Assembly: GCF_006345805.1 (NCBI RefSeq)
Contig: NC_042998.1
Coordinates: 153,946,001 to 154,010,000 of the forward strand
Length of the DNA stretch: 64,000 bases
Direction of reading: 5' to 3'
Origin: Octopus sinensis
Lineage: Eukaryota
Numbering within the stretch: position 1 is the first letter of the stretch; every line of letters starts with the position of its first letter. The notes under the pieces are model-generated. The model made no database searches. It was not told the origin of the DNA and worked only from the letters and a program-made list of their open reading frames with translations. The translations under genes and the position numbers were made by a program. Shown here one piece after another: positions 26,704-37,999 of this stretch.

Positions 26704-26787
26704 CCTTCTATATAATAATTAATTTTACTCTGCTATTATTGAGTACCTTATTTACTGTGGTTAACCCCGAATCAACCCGGGACCTAC

Positions 26788-26821
<34 letters not shown>

Positions 26822-27314
26822 ATGTATGGACTTGTAGACTTTTATATAGGTATATATATATATGTGTGTATGTGTGTAGATATACGTATGTGTATTTATA
26901 TATGCATATGCTTATATATTTGTGTATGGATGTAAGTATATATATATATGGACTTGTAGATTTTTGTATGGGTATATATGTATGTGTATATGTGTAGATA
27001 TGTATATGTGTGTACGTATGTGTATGTATGTGCATGTATGTATATGTCTGTATGTATGTATATGCATGTATGCATTTATGTATACATGTATGCATGCATG
27101 TGTGCATATATGTATTTATATGCGTATGGATGTGTATGTATATTTATATGCACATATGTTTTTATATGTGCATATGCGTTTATATATGCGTGCAGATATT
27201 TATGTGTGTTTATGTGTACAGAAGTACGTTTATATGTGTGTGTTTATATATGCATAATTATGTATATGTTTATGTGAACGTGTGTACATTTATGTATGTA
27301 TGCATACGTGTATT

Positions 27315-27368
<54 letters not shown>

Positions 27369-28349
27369 CATGTAGTGTAGAGAGAGATATATACATATGT
27401 ATAAGTGGATGAGGAGGAAATGAGTGAGAGAACATGTGTGTGCGTGTGAGTGTGTGCGTGTGTGCGTTTGTATGCGTGGGTAAAGAGATAGAAGGGAAGG
27501 GAGAGGGGAGTAGAAGAAGGATTCCCTTTGGCCTGCTGGAACCCCAGGGGAGTTCTAGGAAATAGCGTCACTGAATGTGTGTTGGTGGGCGGGCAGGTCA
27601 TAAATTATACCTTTTATGATTTTGAGGATGGTCAGATGCCATTTTGGGGTCTAAGAACTTCATCTACTTTGTATGATTGTACTGTGGAGGTGTGTGTGTG
27701 AGTCTGTGTGTGTGTTTTTGTGTGTGTGTGTGTGTGTGTCTCTGTGTGTATAGAGTAGGGGAGAGTCAAATAGAGAAAAGGGAAAATAAAAATAAAATAA
27801 GGGAGGAAGATGAGGAGGAAAAAAATGTGTGTGTGTATATGTGGGTATATATGTGTATATATATATATATGTGCGTGTGTTTGCGTGTTTGCATGTATGT
27901 GTATGTGTATTTGTATATATGTGTATATATATATGTATGTATATATATATGTATGTATATATATATATATGTATATATATATATGTGCTTGTGTATTTAT
28001 ATGTATGTGTGTGTGTGTCTGTATGTATATACATGGGCATATGTATATGTAAATATATGGATATTCACATGTGTATGTATGTGGGTTTGTATGTATATTT
28101 ATTCTTTATGTTTTTTCATGTATATTTATCTACTTTCTCCCTCCACTTAACAACAACAAACTGACTAAAAGCAATTGTCTTCTAATTTACCTAAAACTCT
28201 ATTTATTCATTTATTTAATTTATCACTGATTCTTTTGACCACTCCCCTAAGAACGATAGTTTGTGCCCTGCTTACCCAAAAAACGTCCCCCACCACCACC
28301 CCATTAAATCTGCCTAAATGTATAAATACCAGACCTTATTTTGACAGCC

Positions 28350-28400
28350 AGCTTCCTGAAGATTTCATTTGAATGAAACAGTTCTAGTCCTGTAGAAGCT
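28350..28400 (+). ncRNA. Type I hammerhead ribozyme (copy C, diverged flanks)
   Basis: Same fold; only the stem II loop differs (ATTT versus TCTT). Confidence 0.8.
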
Positions 28401-28629
28401 CCTTCCATAAAATAATATATATATTATATAATAATAATATTAGGGAGTATAACTCTAAACCTACAGGGAAAAAATCAAATGTAGTATTGAATCCAATTTC
28501 ACAATATAAATGTATATGTAACTTAGAGAAAAAACCACTATTATGCAATTCAAACAATGATAGACATAAACCAAATCATAAAATTTGTATAATACATATA
28601 GCTAGATCACAAAAATTATAAAAATGAAT

Positions 28630-28984
28630 AATCAATATATAGTATGTAAAAAAAGGAATAAGAATAACTTAAATGCAATCTATATAGGGTCTACTTCTTG
28701 TAAAATTAAAGTAAGAGTAGCTCAGCTTATGTATTCCTTTAAAAATAGAAATCTTATGAACTCTACTGGGCCCAGTAAATATATTTAGGAACATAAATCT
28801 CAACAAATTAAGTATAATTTAAAGTGGGAGATAGTTTGCAAGGGGAAATCATATAGTATAAGTTGTAATTCCTGTTTATTATGTTCTAGTGTATTTAAAG
28901 AAATAATATTTAATAATCATAATAAATTAGTTAATTTATTGGATGAGTGTAAAATTAAATGTAGACACAAATTACTTATATAAT
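28630..28984 (+). mobile_element. Penelope-like element GIY-YIG endonuclease fragment
   Basis: IYIGSTSCKIKVRVAQLMYSFKNRNLMNSTGPSKYI*...KWEIV...CLLC...KCRH resembles PLE GIY-YIG C-termini. Confidence 0.75.
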
Positions 28985-29427
28985 AGAGTGGTTGTATAAA
29001 GTCAACATAACGTGACAGTCCCATAGAGGGAATTACACCACCGCTATATAGCCCTAGGAAGCACCGACGCTTCCTGTCAGCTTTAACACATTTCCTCTGT
29101 CCTTATATTTGCAAAGGGGAGGCAAGCACCCCCACCAGCTAGGACCAGCAACCTGAAGACATGCATGTTTCTGGGTATTTCCCATCATCAGGCCGCTAGC
29201 GGGGACATGCTACCCTGGACTGATGACGGGCAATACCCAGAAACATGCATGTCTTCAGGTTGCTGGTCCTAGCTGGTGGGAATGCTTGCCTCCCCTTTGC
29301 AAATATAAGGACACAGGAAATGTGTCCAAGCCGACAGGAAGCGTTGAGGCTTCCTAGGGCTATATAGCGGTGGTGTAATTCCCTCTACGGGACCGTCACG
29401 TTATGTTGACATTATGCAACCACTCTA
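28984..29427. repeat. 208-bp inverted repeat (PLE pseudo-LTR with inverted copy)
   Basis: Arms 28984-29191 and 29220-29427, 28-nt spacer, roughly a dozen mismatches by eye. Confidence 0.95.
29214..29259 (+). ncRNA. Type I hammerhead ribozyme with palindromic stem III
   Basis: CCTGGA-CTGATGA-CGGG CAATA CCCA-GAA-ACATGCATGT-C-TTCAGG; predicted GUC cleavage at 29253. Confidence 0.8.
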
Positions 29428-30886
29428 TCGCTCCACCACCGCTCATGTCTCTTTGAGACATTTAGAAATTCAATGTTTCTAATTACTTATATAATAAATT
29501 TTTAGATAAATAGTGAATATATTTAAACCTTATTTTTGTTTCTAATTTGTAGTTATAATTTGTACTAGTATTAATTCTATGATTTAGCATGTGATTATAT
29601 ATTGTATATTACATAATTGAATATTTATTATTAAATTAATAAATAAATTAAGTAATTAATTAATTATAGTAGTGCTGTGGTTGTAGTTTTGTAGGGTGTT
29701 TTGAATATAAGTCAATAAGAGTCAGTAAAGGTTTTTTACATACTTAGAGTTAGATTATATTTTGATGTTTATTTAATTACTAAATATATAATTTATTTAA
29801 TGAATATAGATTAAAAGATAGTTATTTCATTATTTTGCTGTTATTGTTGTTGTTGATATTGTTATTATTATACTTATTATATGTGTACTAAAATTAATAG
29901 TATTAAGTATTTTTGTGGGGGGAAATAGTTATAGTAACGTTAAATAATTTTGAATATGTAGTAAAAATTTTATCTTTATGTACTATTTATTTATAATAAT
30001 AATATGTAAGACGTTTTTTGTTTTGAAATTTTTTTAGTTAATAATACGCCTTTTGGAGAGATAAGTAGACATTTTTAATTAAGAAATATTATTGTACTCT
30101 ATATAAGTATTGATTGTTAAATATGAATTTATAATTTTTTATTTGTTAATGATAATTTAGATATTCAATTATTATTATTTTATAATTATTATATCTGAAC
30201 GTAAATTTTAAAATATTAGTTAGTCCCTTTGGGATCTAGATCACAAAAATGGTTTAATTTAACTAAAAGTTCTTATTATATTTCTAGTACTATTACATTT
30301 AATAATAATAGTAATAATAAGTATTTTATAAAGATAAGTTATACAATTTTACTTTGGAATTTTTCAATTGTTATTTTTATTTCATAAATATTTTCGAAAG
30401 ATATCTATAATATTTATGAAAGTAATAATGGACTAATTTATTTATTATTTATATGTTTATTGATAGAAAAAATATAGATATTTATTTACTATATTTGTTG
30501 ATTCTAATTTAAATACTTATTTTTATATATTTATTATTTTATAATTATTATATGTGAACTAAAATCTAAAAATATTAAGAGTAATTGTTTTGTAAAATAG
30601 TTTGTTAATTAAATATTAGAGTATTACTAGGTTAAAGATATTCTATAGTTTATTAATATTTTTTAATAAGCTAAATTATATCTTCACAGATAAATACATT
30701 TTTCTATCTATTTACTCTATTTTTTTACCTTGAATATTTAACATAATAAATGTATTGTAGGCAACTGATCCTAATGTTTTAAGTTTCATATTTAGTTAAT
30801 GGAGTTTCTTCTATAAGAAAAATCATCATTTTATTTTTTATAATAGATATTAACTCTATTTGCTTATTTATTTAACTATTACTGTT

Positions 30887-30986
30887 AACCTGAAGAGTGA
30901 CTATAATTTTAAATTGAATTGATTTTCGATTAAATTTAAATTTAATTGTAATTCAAATTTGATTATGTCATGAAATGTACATAGTT
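30887..30986 (+). ncRNA. Hammerhead-like motif with a very long AT-rich stem II
   Basis: AAC-CTGAAGA-GTGAC..GTCAT-GAA-ATGTACAT-A-GTT. Confidence 0.6.
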
Positions 30987-31264
30987 TTTTTTACTTATAT
31001 ATTGATTATTCATATTTATACTTTTTGTGGTCTAGTTATGTTTTATAAAAATATATTTTATTTTTATTTATGATTTGGTTTATGTCTATCATTGTTTGAA
31101 TTGCATAATAGTGTTTTTTTTCTCTGATTTATGTTATATATATATATATCACATATATATATATTATTTAATTATAATATATATATATTATCATGTATAT
31201 ATATATGTATCCATGTATATATATATGTATACATATATATATATATATACATATATATATATGT

Positions 31265-31315
<51 letters not shown>

Positions 31316-31473
31316 ATTATCATGTATATATATTACGGAGATGTACTCGCATAGCAAGTAATTTGATCTGAGATCGTGTGCTGAAACGAAAACAATTGCA
31401 GCGTGGAAGGTGTTTATAAGCCATTTAAGAAACACACAAAAGCCGTTCGATTCACTCCAACATTTAAGTTTAA

Positions 31474-31523
31474 TTTGTCAAAATATTTTCGTCGCTAAAA
31501 TCCGCGACCTGTTCACTGACAAA
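31474..31523 (-). ncRNA. Minimal type I hammerhead with a G3:C8 core swap
   Basis: TTTGTCA-GTGAACA-G-GTCGC GGATTTTA GCGAC-GAA-AATATT-T-TGACAAA. Confidence 0.65.
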
Positions 31524-31608
31524 GTCCGTGCTGCATTATGTATATATATGTATACATGTATACATATATGTATACATATATATATATGTATACATACATA
31601 TATATATA

Positions 31609-31656
<48 letters not shown>

Positions 31657-31679
31657 ATATATATTTCTTTTTTCTTATT

Positions 31680-32075
31680 TTTTTTACTTGTTTCAGTCAT
31701 TTTGACTGCGGCCATGCTGGAGCACCGCCTTTAATTGAGCAACTCGACCCCGGGACTTATTCTTTGTAAGCCCAGTACTTATTCTATCGGTCTCTTTTGC
31801 CGAACCGCTAAGTGATGGGGACATAAACACACCAGCATCGGTTGTCAAGCAACGCTAGGGGGACAAACACAGACACACAAACATATACGCACATACATAT
31901 ATATATACATATATATGACAGGCTTCTTTCAGTTTCCATCTACCAAATCCACTCACAAGGCTTTGGTCGGCCTGAGGCTATAGTAGAAGACACTTGCCCA
32001 AGGTACCACACAGTGGGACTGAACCCGGAAACACGTGGTTGGTAAACAAGCTACTTACCACACAGCCACTCCTGC
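31680..32075 (-). mobile_element. Near full-length tRNA-derived SINE
   Basis: Head caggagtggctgtgtggtaagtagc...ccgggttcagtccc, (TG)/(TA) linker, tail ggcggtgctccagcatggccgcagtcaaaatgactgaaacaagtaaaa. Confidence 0.8.
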
Positions 32076-32116
32076 ATCTATATGGCCACTCCTGCGTCTA
32101 TATGGCCACTCCTGCA

Positions 32117-32147
<31 letters not shown>

Positions 32148-32971
32148 GATATCATATATATATGTTATATAATTTATACTATATATATATATATCATAGA
32201 GATAAGAAAATAATATTTTGAATGCAGTATTGCTGTGAAAATAGCAGAAAGATTGAGTATTTTACTTTATGTGACTGGAAAAGTTGTCAGCAGAATGCCA
32301 TGGGACTCAAACCTGCACCCTTCAAGGATTGGTTGAATACTCTGTCATTCAGCTAAACTGCTGACAACAAATTCCATCAAATTAAACACTCAATACATAG
32401 CTTCTTTGAAATGCACCAACATGTTTTATATCCTGATGTTGGATAAATAATTTAAGAAAGCAGATGGAAAGAAAGTATTCACACAAAACACTAGTATTAC
32501 TGTTACATGATGTTAAATGCTCTCTGCCAAAAACTAGCAGTATTCACACTACATATCATTACTGTTACACAAGGTTAAATGCTCTCTGCCAACAGCTCAC
32601 TGTGAACTGCTTAACAATCAATTGCTCACTGTTCTTTATTTTATAGCAGTGTGTTAGTCTACTTTTAGGCACTTGAGGTGGTCAGAATACTTCCACAACA
32701 ATATGAAAACAAAATTTTTTGTATTGTATCATACAGACAAGAAAATAATATTCTGAATGCAGTATAGCCATAAAAACAGAGATAAGGTTTGACACTTCCA
32801 AAAACAAAGTAAGTTTGTTTACATATGTTGTTGCATTTCAAATAAGCTATGTATTTAGTGTTTAATTTGATGGAATTTGTTGTCAGTGGGCAATAGTAGA
32901 ATACTTAATAGTAGAGTACTCAGCCAGTATCTGAGAGGTGCAGGTTTAACCCCTTGGCTGTCTGCTGACAA

Positions 32972-33011
<40 letters not shown>

Positions 33012-33329
33012 CTTGTAAATATGTTTCAGAATATTTGAACCCATAAGAAGGTTATTCACTATATTTTGGCTGCTATTTCTAAATTTTTGGTATGTGGTGA
33101 AGCAACTTGTTGCTAAATCCTTAATTTTATATATATATAATTTTGTCTTAGATTGTCTGACTGAAAACTCCCAGATTTTTCAAGTCTATTTTACTATTAT
33201 CAATATTTGCTGTCTCGTTAAATATGCTATGCAGATCCCAAAAGAATATTTTCCTCCCTCTCTCTCTCTCTCTCTCTATTTCAGTCTGTCTCTCTCTCTC
33301 ACTCTGTCTCTCTCTCCCTCTCTCGATTA

Positions 33330-36300
33330 CCACTCACCTCGCCAAGACTTCCGCCAACACCACCACACATAAACCAGCGCATGCAGAAGATGCTTGCCTC
33401 TAAACTTCCTAGTTCGAGATGTGCCCACCCTACCACCCCCTCCACCTGTACCGGAAGTTCCTATCATTCCTATCCTCTGTCATACTTCATTGTCTCCCAT
33501 GTATACTTCTAAAGGCTTTATGCCCTTCCCACCCCTACTTAAGGCTATCTCCTATGTAAGGTAGTGATCATATAGTGCAAAAATATGATAGTGTAGTGTA
33601 TGCAGGTTGTACTGAAGGCTATTGTATTGTTTGTTTATGAATTCTGCCAAATGTGAGCTTTCTTTTCAGGTACATGAAGCTACTGTCCCCCATCCCAGGG
33701 TCTCACGGGCCCATACCTCCCACACCCTCAGGGTTGACACTCTCTCAACATTGGCACACTGAAAGGTAAGTCTGGTGAGATTGTTGAGATGCTTGAACGG
33801 AGATGTGTCGATATGTGCTACATCCAAGAAGTAAGGTGGAGAGGAGTTTCTGCTAGGTTCCTCACAGGCAAAGAACAAAAGTACAAGATTTTCTGGGTGG
33901 AGAACACTGTCGGGGTTGGGAGTGTGGGTATACTTCTTGCTGAGAAATGGGTAGATAAGGTAATCAAGGTAGTCAGAGTATGCTACAGAATACTTAAGAT
34001 TAGATTAGTGCTTCATCATAGGTTAGCAACCATTATCTTGGCCTATGCCTCTCAGCCAGGGCTACCCGATGGACAGAAAGACCGATTCTATGACACCCTC
34101 TTGCAGACTACCGCGTTGACGAATGACAGGGACCTTCTGTTTGTGGCTGGTGACTTCAATGGACATGTTGGACAACATACAGGGGGCTTCCATGGCGTAC
34201 ATGGGGGCTACGGTTATGGTTCCTGCAACGGGAAGGGAACCAGGCTGCTGGAGTTTTGCAATGCAAATGATCTTATGGTTTGCAAAACTAACTTCAGGAA
34301 ACCTGCCAGTTACCTAGTCACCTACTGATCTGGCAGACACAATAGTCAAATTGACTACATCCTCACCAGAAAAAGGGAAAGATGGCTGCTTATAAAAGCC
34401 AAAACCTTCCCAGGCGAAGAATGTACCCCTCAACATAGACTGGTAGTTAGTGACTTTAGGATCCGGGCTAAGTGGATGCCCAGAAGACGACCAGCATGGA
34501 GAAGAAGCGTCTGGAAGCTTAAAGATCCTGCGAATGGACAGAGATTTAGAGACATATTACTCAAAGCCTTTGACAAAATAGAAGACAACTTGAGGTTTCT
34601 ATGGGACAACCTGCTGAGAGCCACTGACCAGATCTGTGGATGGTGCAAAGTCCCCTCTCGACTCAAAATAACGTGGTTTCGGAACGATGTTGTAGACAGG
34701 GCTATTAGAGAAAAGAAACAGGCTTGGAAGAACGGTGGTAGCAGGGAATTGTATCAGAATGCCAGAAGGGAAGCTAGGAGACAGCTTTATTTAGCCAGAG
34801 GGGAAGCAGGTAAGAAAAACTTTGCCAATGTTCTGCAGACTTGAGGTATTTCCTGTTGCAAGACAGTGTGTGAGAGAGAATCCTGATGTTGTAGGAGAGA
34901 AATGTGTCCGCATGGATGATGGTTCTCTTGCACTAAATGAGGATGCAAAGAGAGAGGTTTGGAGATGCCACTATGAAAGGTTGCTGAATAAAGAAAATAA
35001 ATGGGAGAAAGAGAGTCTGCCGAATGTCGACCCAACAGAGGGATCAGATATCCAAGTTGAGAGTACCTTGGTAGATAAAGCAATTAAGAGTATGAAGACA
35101 GGGAAAGCCCCCGACCTATCAGGAATTACTGCAGAGATGCTCAAAATATCTGGCAGTGTTGGCTATAGCCTAGTCACCCGTATAGTTAACCAGGTGATAC
35201 ATGAAGGAGTCATACTCAATGACTGGTGTAGCAGCATAATAGTCAACTGCTACAAAGGTAACGGTGACGCTTTAGATACAAATAATTATAGAGGTATCAA
35301 GCTGTTGGATCAGGTAATGAAGGTCACGGAGAGGGTCATAGCTCAACTAATTAAGGAGAGAGTCAGTCTAGATGAGATGCAGTTTGGGTTCACACCATTG
35401 ATGCTATATTTCTGGTAAGACAGCTGCAGGAGAAATACCTAGTCAAAGATAAACCCCTGTACCTGGCTTTCATTGACATGGAGAAAGCCTTTGAGAGCTG
35501 TTGGTAGATGTTGTGGCCTATGAGAGGGGTGTAACCAGCCCACTTATATAATGCTGTTGAGGCAAGTGAAATCCCTTATCTGGTGGTCATTGAGGAAACT
35601 TGGGGTAGATGAATGGTTAGTGAGAGCTGTGCAAGCCATGTACAGGGATGCTGTCAGTAAGGTGTGAGTTGGCAACGAGTACAGTGAAGAATTCCGGGTA
35701 GAGGTAGGGGTCCACCAAGGTTTGGTCCTCAGCCACCTCCTATTCATCATAGTCCTCTAGGCAATAACGGAGGAATTCAAGACAGTATGCCCCTGGGAGC
35801 TCCTCTATGCTGATGACCTTGCTCTAATTGCTGAGTCACTATCAGAACTAGAGGAGAAGTTTCAAGTGTGGAAACAAGGATTAGAATCGAAGGGCCTTAG
35901 AGTCAACCTAACTAAAACCAAAATCCTAATAAGTAGGAAGGCAGGCAAACCACAAATCCCTTCAGGTAGATGGCCCTTCTCAATCTGTAGAAAAGGTGTA
36001 GGTAGAAACTTTATAAGACATACCCAGTGTAAGCTATGGACACATAAGAGGTGCTGCAATATCAAAGGAAGGCTAACTGGGAAGATAGTTTTTGTATGTG
36101 GCAGATGCTCAGGAGCAATAAACACTGAAAATGCACAGAGAACAACTTCCGACACATTCCAGGGAGAAAAACTAGAAGTAGTTTATAGCTTCTGTTACCT
36201 AGGTGACCAAGTGAGTAGCAGGGGAGGGTGCGCTGAATGTGTAGCTGCTAGAATAAGAATAGCCTGGGCAAAGTTCAGAGAGCTTTTACCTCTGCTGGTG

Positions 36301-37305
36301 ACAAAGAGCCTCTCGCTCAGAGTAAAAGGTAGACTGTATGACACATGTGTACGAACAGCCATGCTACATGGGAGTGAAACATGGGCCGTGACTGCTGAGG
36401 ACATGCATAAGCTCACAAGGTATGAAGCCAGTATGATTCGATGGATGTGTAATGTCAGTGTGCATACTCGACAGAGTGGTAGTACCTTGAGAGAAAAGTT
36501 GAGCCTAAGAAGCATCAGATGTGGTGTGCAAGAGAGACGACTGCGCTGGTATGGCCATGTGGTGAGAATGGATGAGGATAGCTGTGTGAAAAAGTGCCAC
36601 ACCCTAGTGGTTGAGGGAACTTGTGGAAGAGGTAGACCCAGGAAGACCTAGGATGAAGTAGTGAAGCATGACCAACAAACATTGGGCCTCACCGAGGCAA
36701 TGACTAGTGACCGGGACCTTTGGAAATATGCTGTCCTTGAGAAGACTCAGCAAGCTCAAGTGAGACCTTAACCTTGTGGCCTATGAGAGGGGTGTAACCA
36801 GCCCACTTATATAATGCTGTTGAGGCAAGTGAAATCAAAATCGAAATCAAATTCGATGACTTGCATCCATGCTAGTGGAGCGCTAAGAGTGTGATTGTTG
36901 CCAGAGCAACAAGCTGGCCTCCGTGTCGGTGGAATGTAAAAAGCACCATTTGCGCATGATCGTTACCTGCGTCGTCTTACTGGCACTTGTGCTGGTAGCA
37001 TGTGAAAAAGCAGTCAAGTAAGGTCATTGCCAGTGCCGCTGGAGTGGCTCCTGTGCAGGTGGCATATAAAAAGCACCATTTGAGTGTGGCCGTTGCTAGT
37101 ACCGCCTGACTGGCACTCATGCCAGTGGCACATAAAAGCACCCACTACACTCTCAAAGTGGTTGGCGTTAGGAAGGGCATCCAGCTGTAGAAACTCTGCC
37201 AGATCAGATTGGAGCCTGGTGGAGCCATCTGATTCGCCAGTCCTCAGTCAAATCGTCCAACCCATGCTAGCATGGAAAGCGGACGTTAAACAATGATGAT
37301 GATGA
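33330..37305 (+). mobile_element. Near full-length RTE-clade LINE, frameshifted
   Basis: Endonuclease (IQEVRW, VAGDFNGHVG) and RT (NYRGIKLL, DMEKAF, LYADDL, FCYLG, LRWYGHV, RGRPRKT), 3' UTR, (ATG)n tail at about 37292-37305. 5' end approximate. Confidence 0.95.
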
Positions 37306-37369
37306 GATGATATATATATATATTTATTTATATATATATATATATATATGTATATAATGAACTCTCCCA

Positions 37370-37650
37370 TCATTTGAAGGTTCAACAATTTCTTACTGAA
37401 CAACCACAAAGATGATTTGTTTATAGTGATCAAATGTTTGTGTAGACATAAGCTCACTCCCTCCATCAAACTGACATTACCTGTGCAGGTGCAACTGGGT
37501 ATCACATATCAGATGTTGAAATAATTGCAGAGCAACATGAAATGAAGCGCTTTGCTCAAGAACACAATGCAACGCCCGGTCTGGGAGTTGAATCCATGAT
37601 CTCGTAATTCTGAGTGGAACACCCTAACACTAAGCTATGTGCCTTCTCAC
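37370..37650 (-). mobile_element. tRNA-derived SINE (family of 40995-41270)
   Basis: Reverse complement of the 40995-41270 copy. Confidence 0.75.
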
Positions 37651-37679
37651 ACACACACACATTACCAATTGACAATCGG

Positions 37680-37890
37680 TGTTGGTGTGTTCCCCCATTA
37701 CTGCTTAACAACTAGTGTTGGTGTGTTTACGTCCCCGTAACTTTGCAGTTTAGCAAAAGAGACTGTTAGAATAAGTACCACGTTTAAAAACTAAGTACTG
37801 GGGTCAATTCATTTGACTAAAAAAAATCCAAGGCAGTGCGCCAGCATGGCCACAGTCTAATGACTGAAACAAGTAAAAGATAAAAGATAC
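37680..37890 (+). mobile_element. 3' half of a SINE (family of 31680-32075)
   Basis: ggtgtgtttacgtccccgtaac...ccagcatggccacagtctaatgactgaaacaagtaaaagataaaaga. Confidence 0.7.
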
Positions 37891-37999
37891 ATGTACTTCA
37901 CCGTCATTCCTTCGCTTCACACTTACAACATTTACCAGGAGAATGACCACTAGATAGACATGGGAAAGAGAGAGAGCATTTCATGTAGGTTTCTGGTAG

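Larger units (their letters stand above)
24660..27370. repeat. TA/TG/TATG low-complexity tracts flanking and interleaved with PLE-terminus repeats
   Basis: Visible simple repeats. Confidence 0.9.

Noticed and set aside
29430-30880. Extremely AT-rich stretch resembling a mitochondrial insertion or control region
   Set aside because: No mitochondrial gene or tRNA is recognisable. It is bracketed by PLE ribozymes, so a decayed PLE interior is more likely. BLAST against the mitogenome would settle it.
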